Assembly (NCBI GenBank): GCA_964035545.1
Contig: OZ037767.1
Span: 6,774,707 to 6,838,706, forward strand
Source of the DNA: Bugula neritina
Taxonomy: Eukaryota > Animalia > Bryozoa
Direction of reading: 5' to 3'
Length of the DNA: 64,000 nucleotides
Part shown: positions 63,795 through 64,000 of the stretch, in pieces
How the letters are laid out: the number at the start of each line of letters is the position of its first letter
Numbering within the stretch: the stretch's first letter is position 1
Translations under genes and position numbers: made by a program
The notes under the pieces: model-generated
Told to the model about the DNA's origin: nothing
Databases searched by the model: none
Seen by the model: the letters and a program-made list of their open reading frames with translations, nothing else

Positions 63795-64000
63795 TAGGGG
63801 TAACGGGGGCACAACGGTCATAGGGGTACAAAAAGCCGGCCAAATTGTGAGAGAACTTATTGACTTAGAGTTGTGATTTTTTTATCATAAAAAGATATTG
63901 ACATAATTATTCAGTCTTTGTAGTTTCAACACTTGCGGAACATAAATGTTGAAAAGGCGAGTAAAAAACTGTTTTTATCTACTTTTTGTAAATTTTTTAG
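63795..64000. mobile_element. Possible DNA transposon/MITE end truncating the LINE
   Basis: LINE similarity stops at TA followed by GGGGTAACGGGGGCACAACGG with an internal TAGGGGTA repeat. The other end is not in the window. Confidence 0.25.

Overview
AT-rich, intron-rich animal (invertebrate-like) genomic DNA; no prokaryotic features, rRNA, tRNA or CRISPR arrays seen. There are four spliced host genes: NRDE2 (+, 4613-18521), an SBP2/SECISBP2L-family gene (+, 24214-39501), an unrecognised 8-exon acidic/Ser-rich gene (-, 41137-46373) and a galactose-3-O-sulfotransferase (-, 49600-52299). They are flanked by two related GC-rich Ty3/Gypsy LTR retrotransposons on the minus strand. One is a young full-length copy (54582-62094; LTRs that read as identical, ATAT target duplication, tRNA-Leu PBS, gag, -1 frameshift signal, pol) nested in a decayed LINE. 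The other is a diverged non-autonomous relative (<1-3937) that has lost all enzymatic domains by frame-preserving deletions. Main discovery candidate: in the env position both elements carry a conserved non-env accessory gene (zinc fingers, Arg-rich motifs, coiled coil). It is split in the sense orientation into a 22-25 nt ATG micro-exon and a main exon by a conserved ~265 nt phase-1 GT-AG intron with a covarying hairpin, and it starts 24-29 nt after the Pol-tail stop. All alignments and exon models were made by eye.
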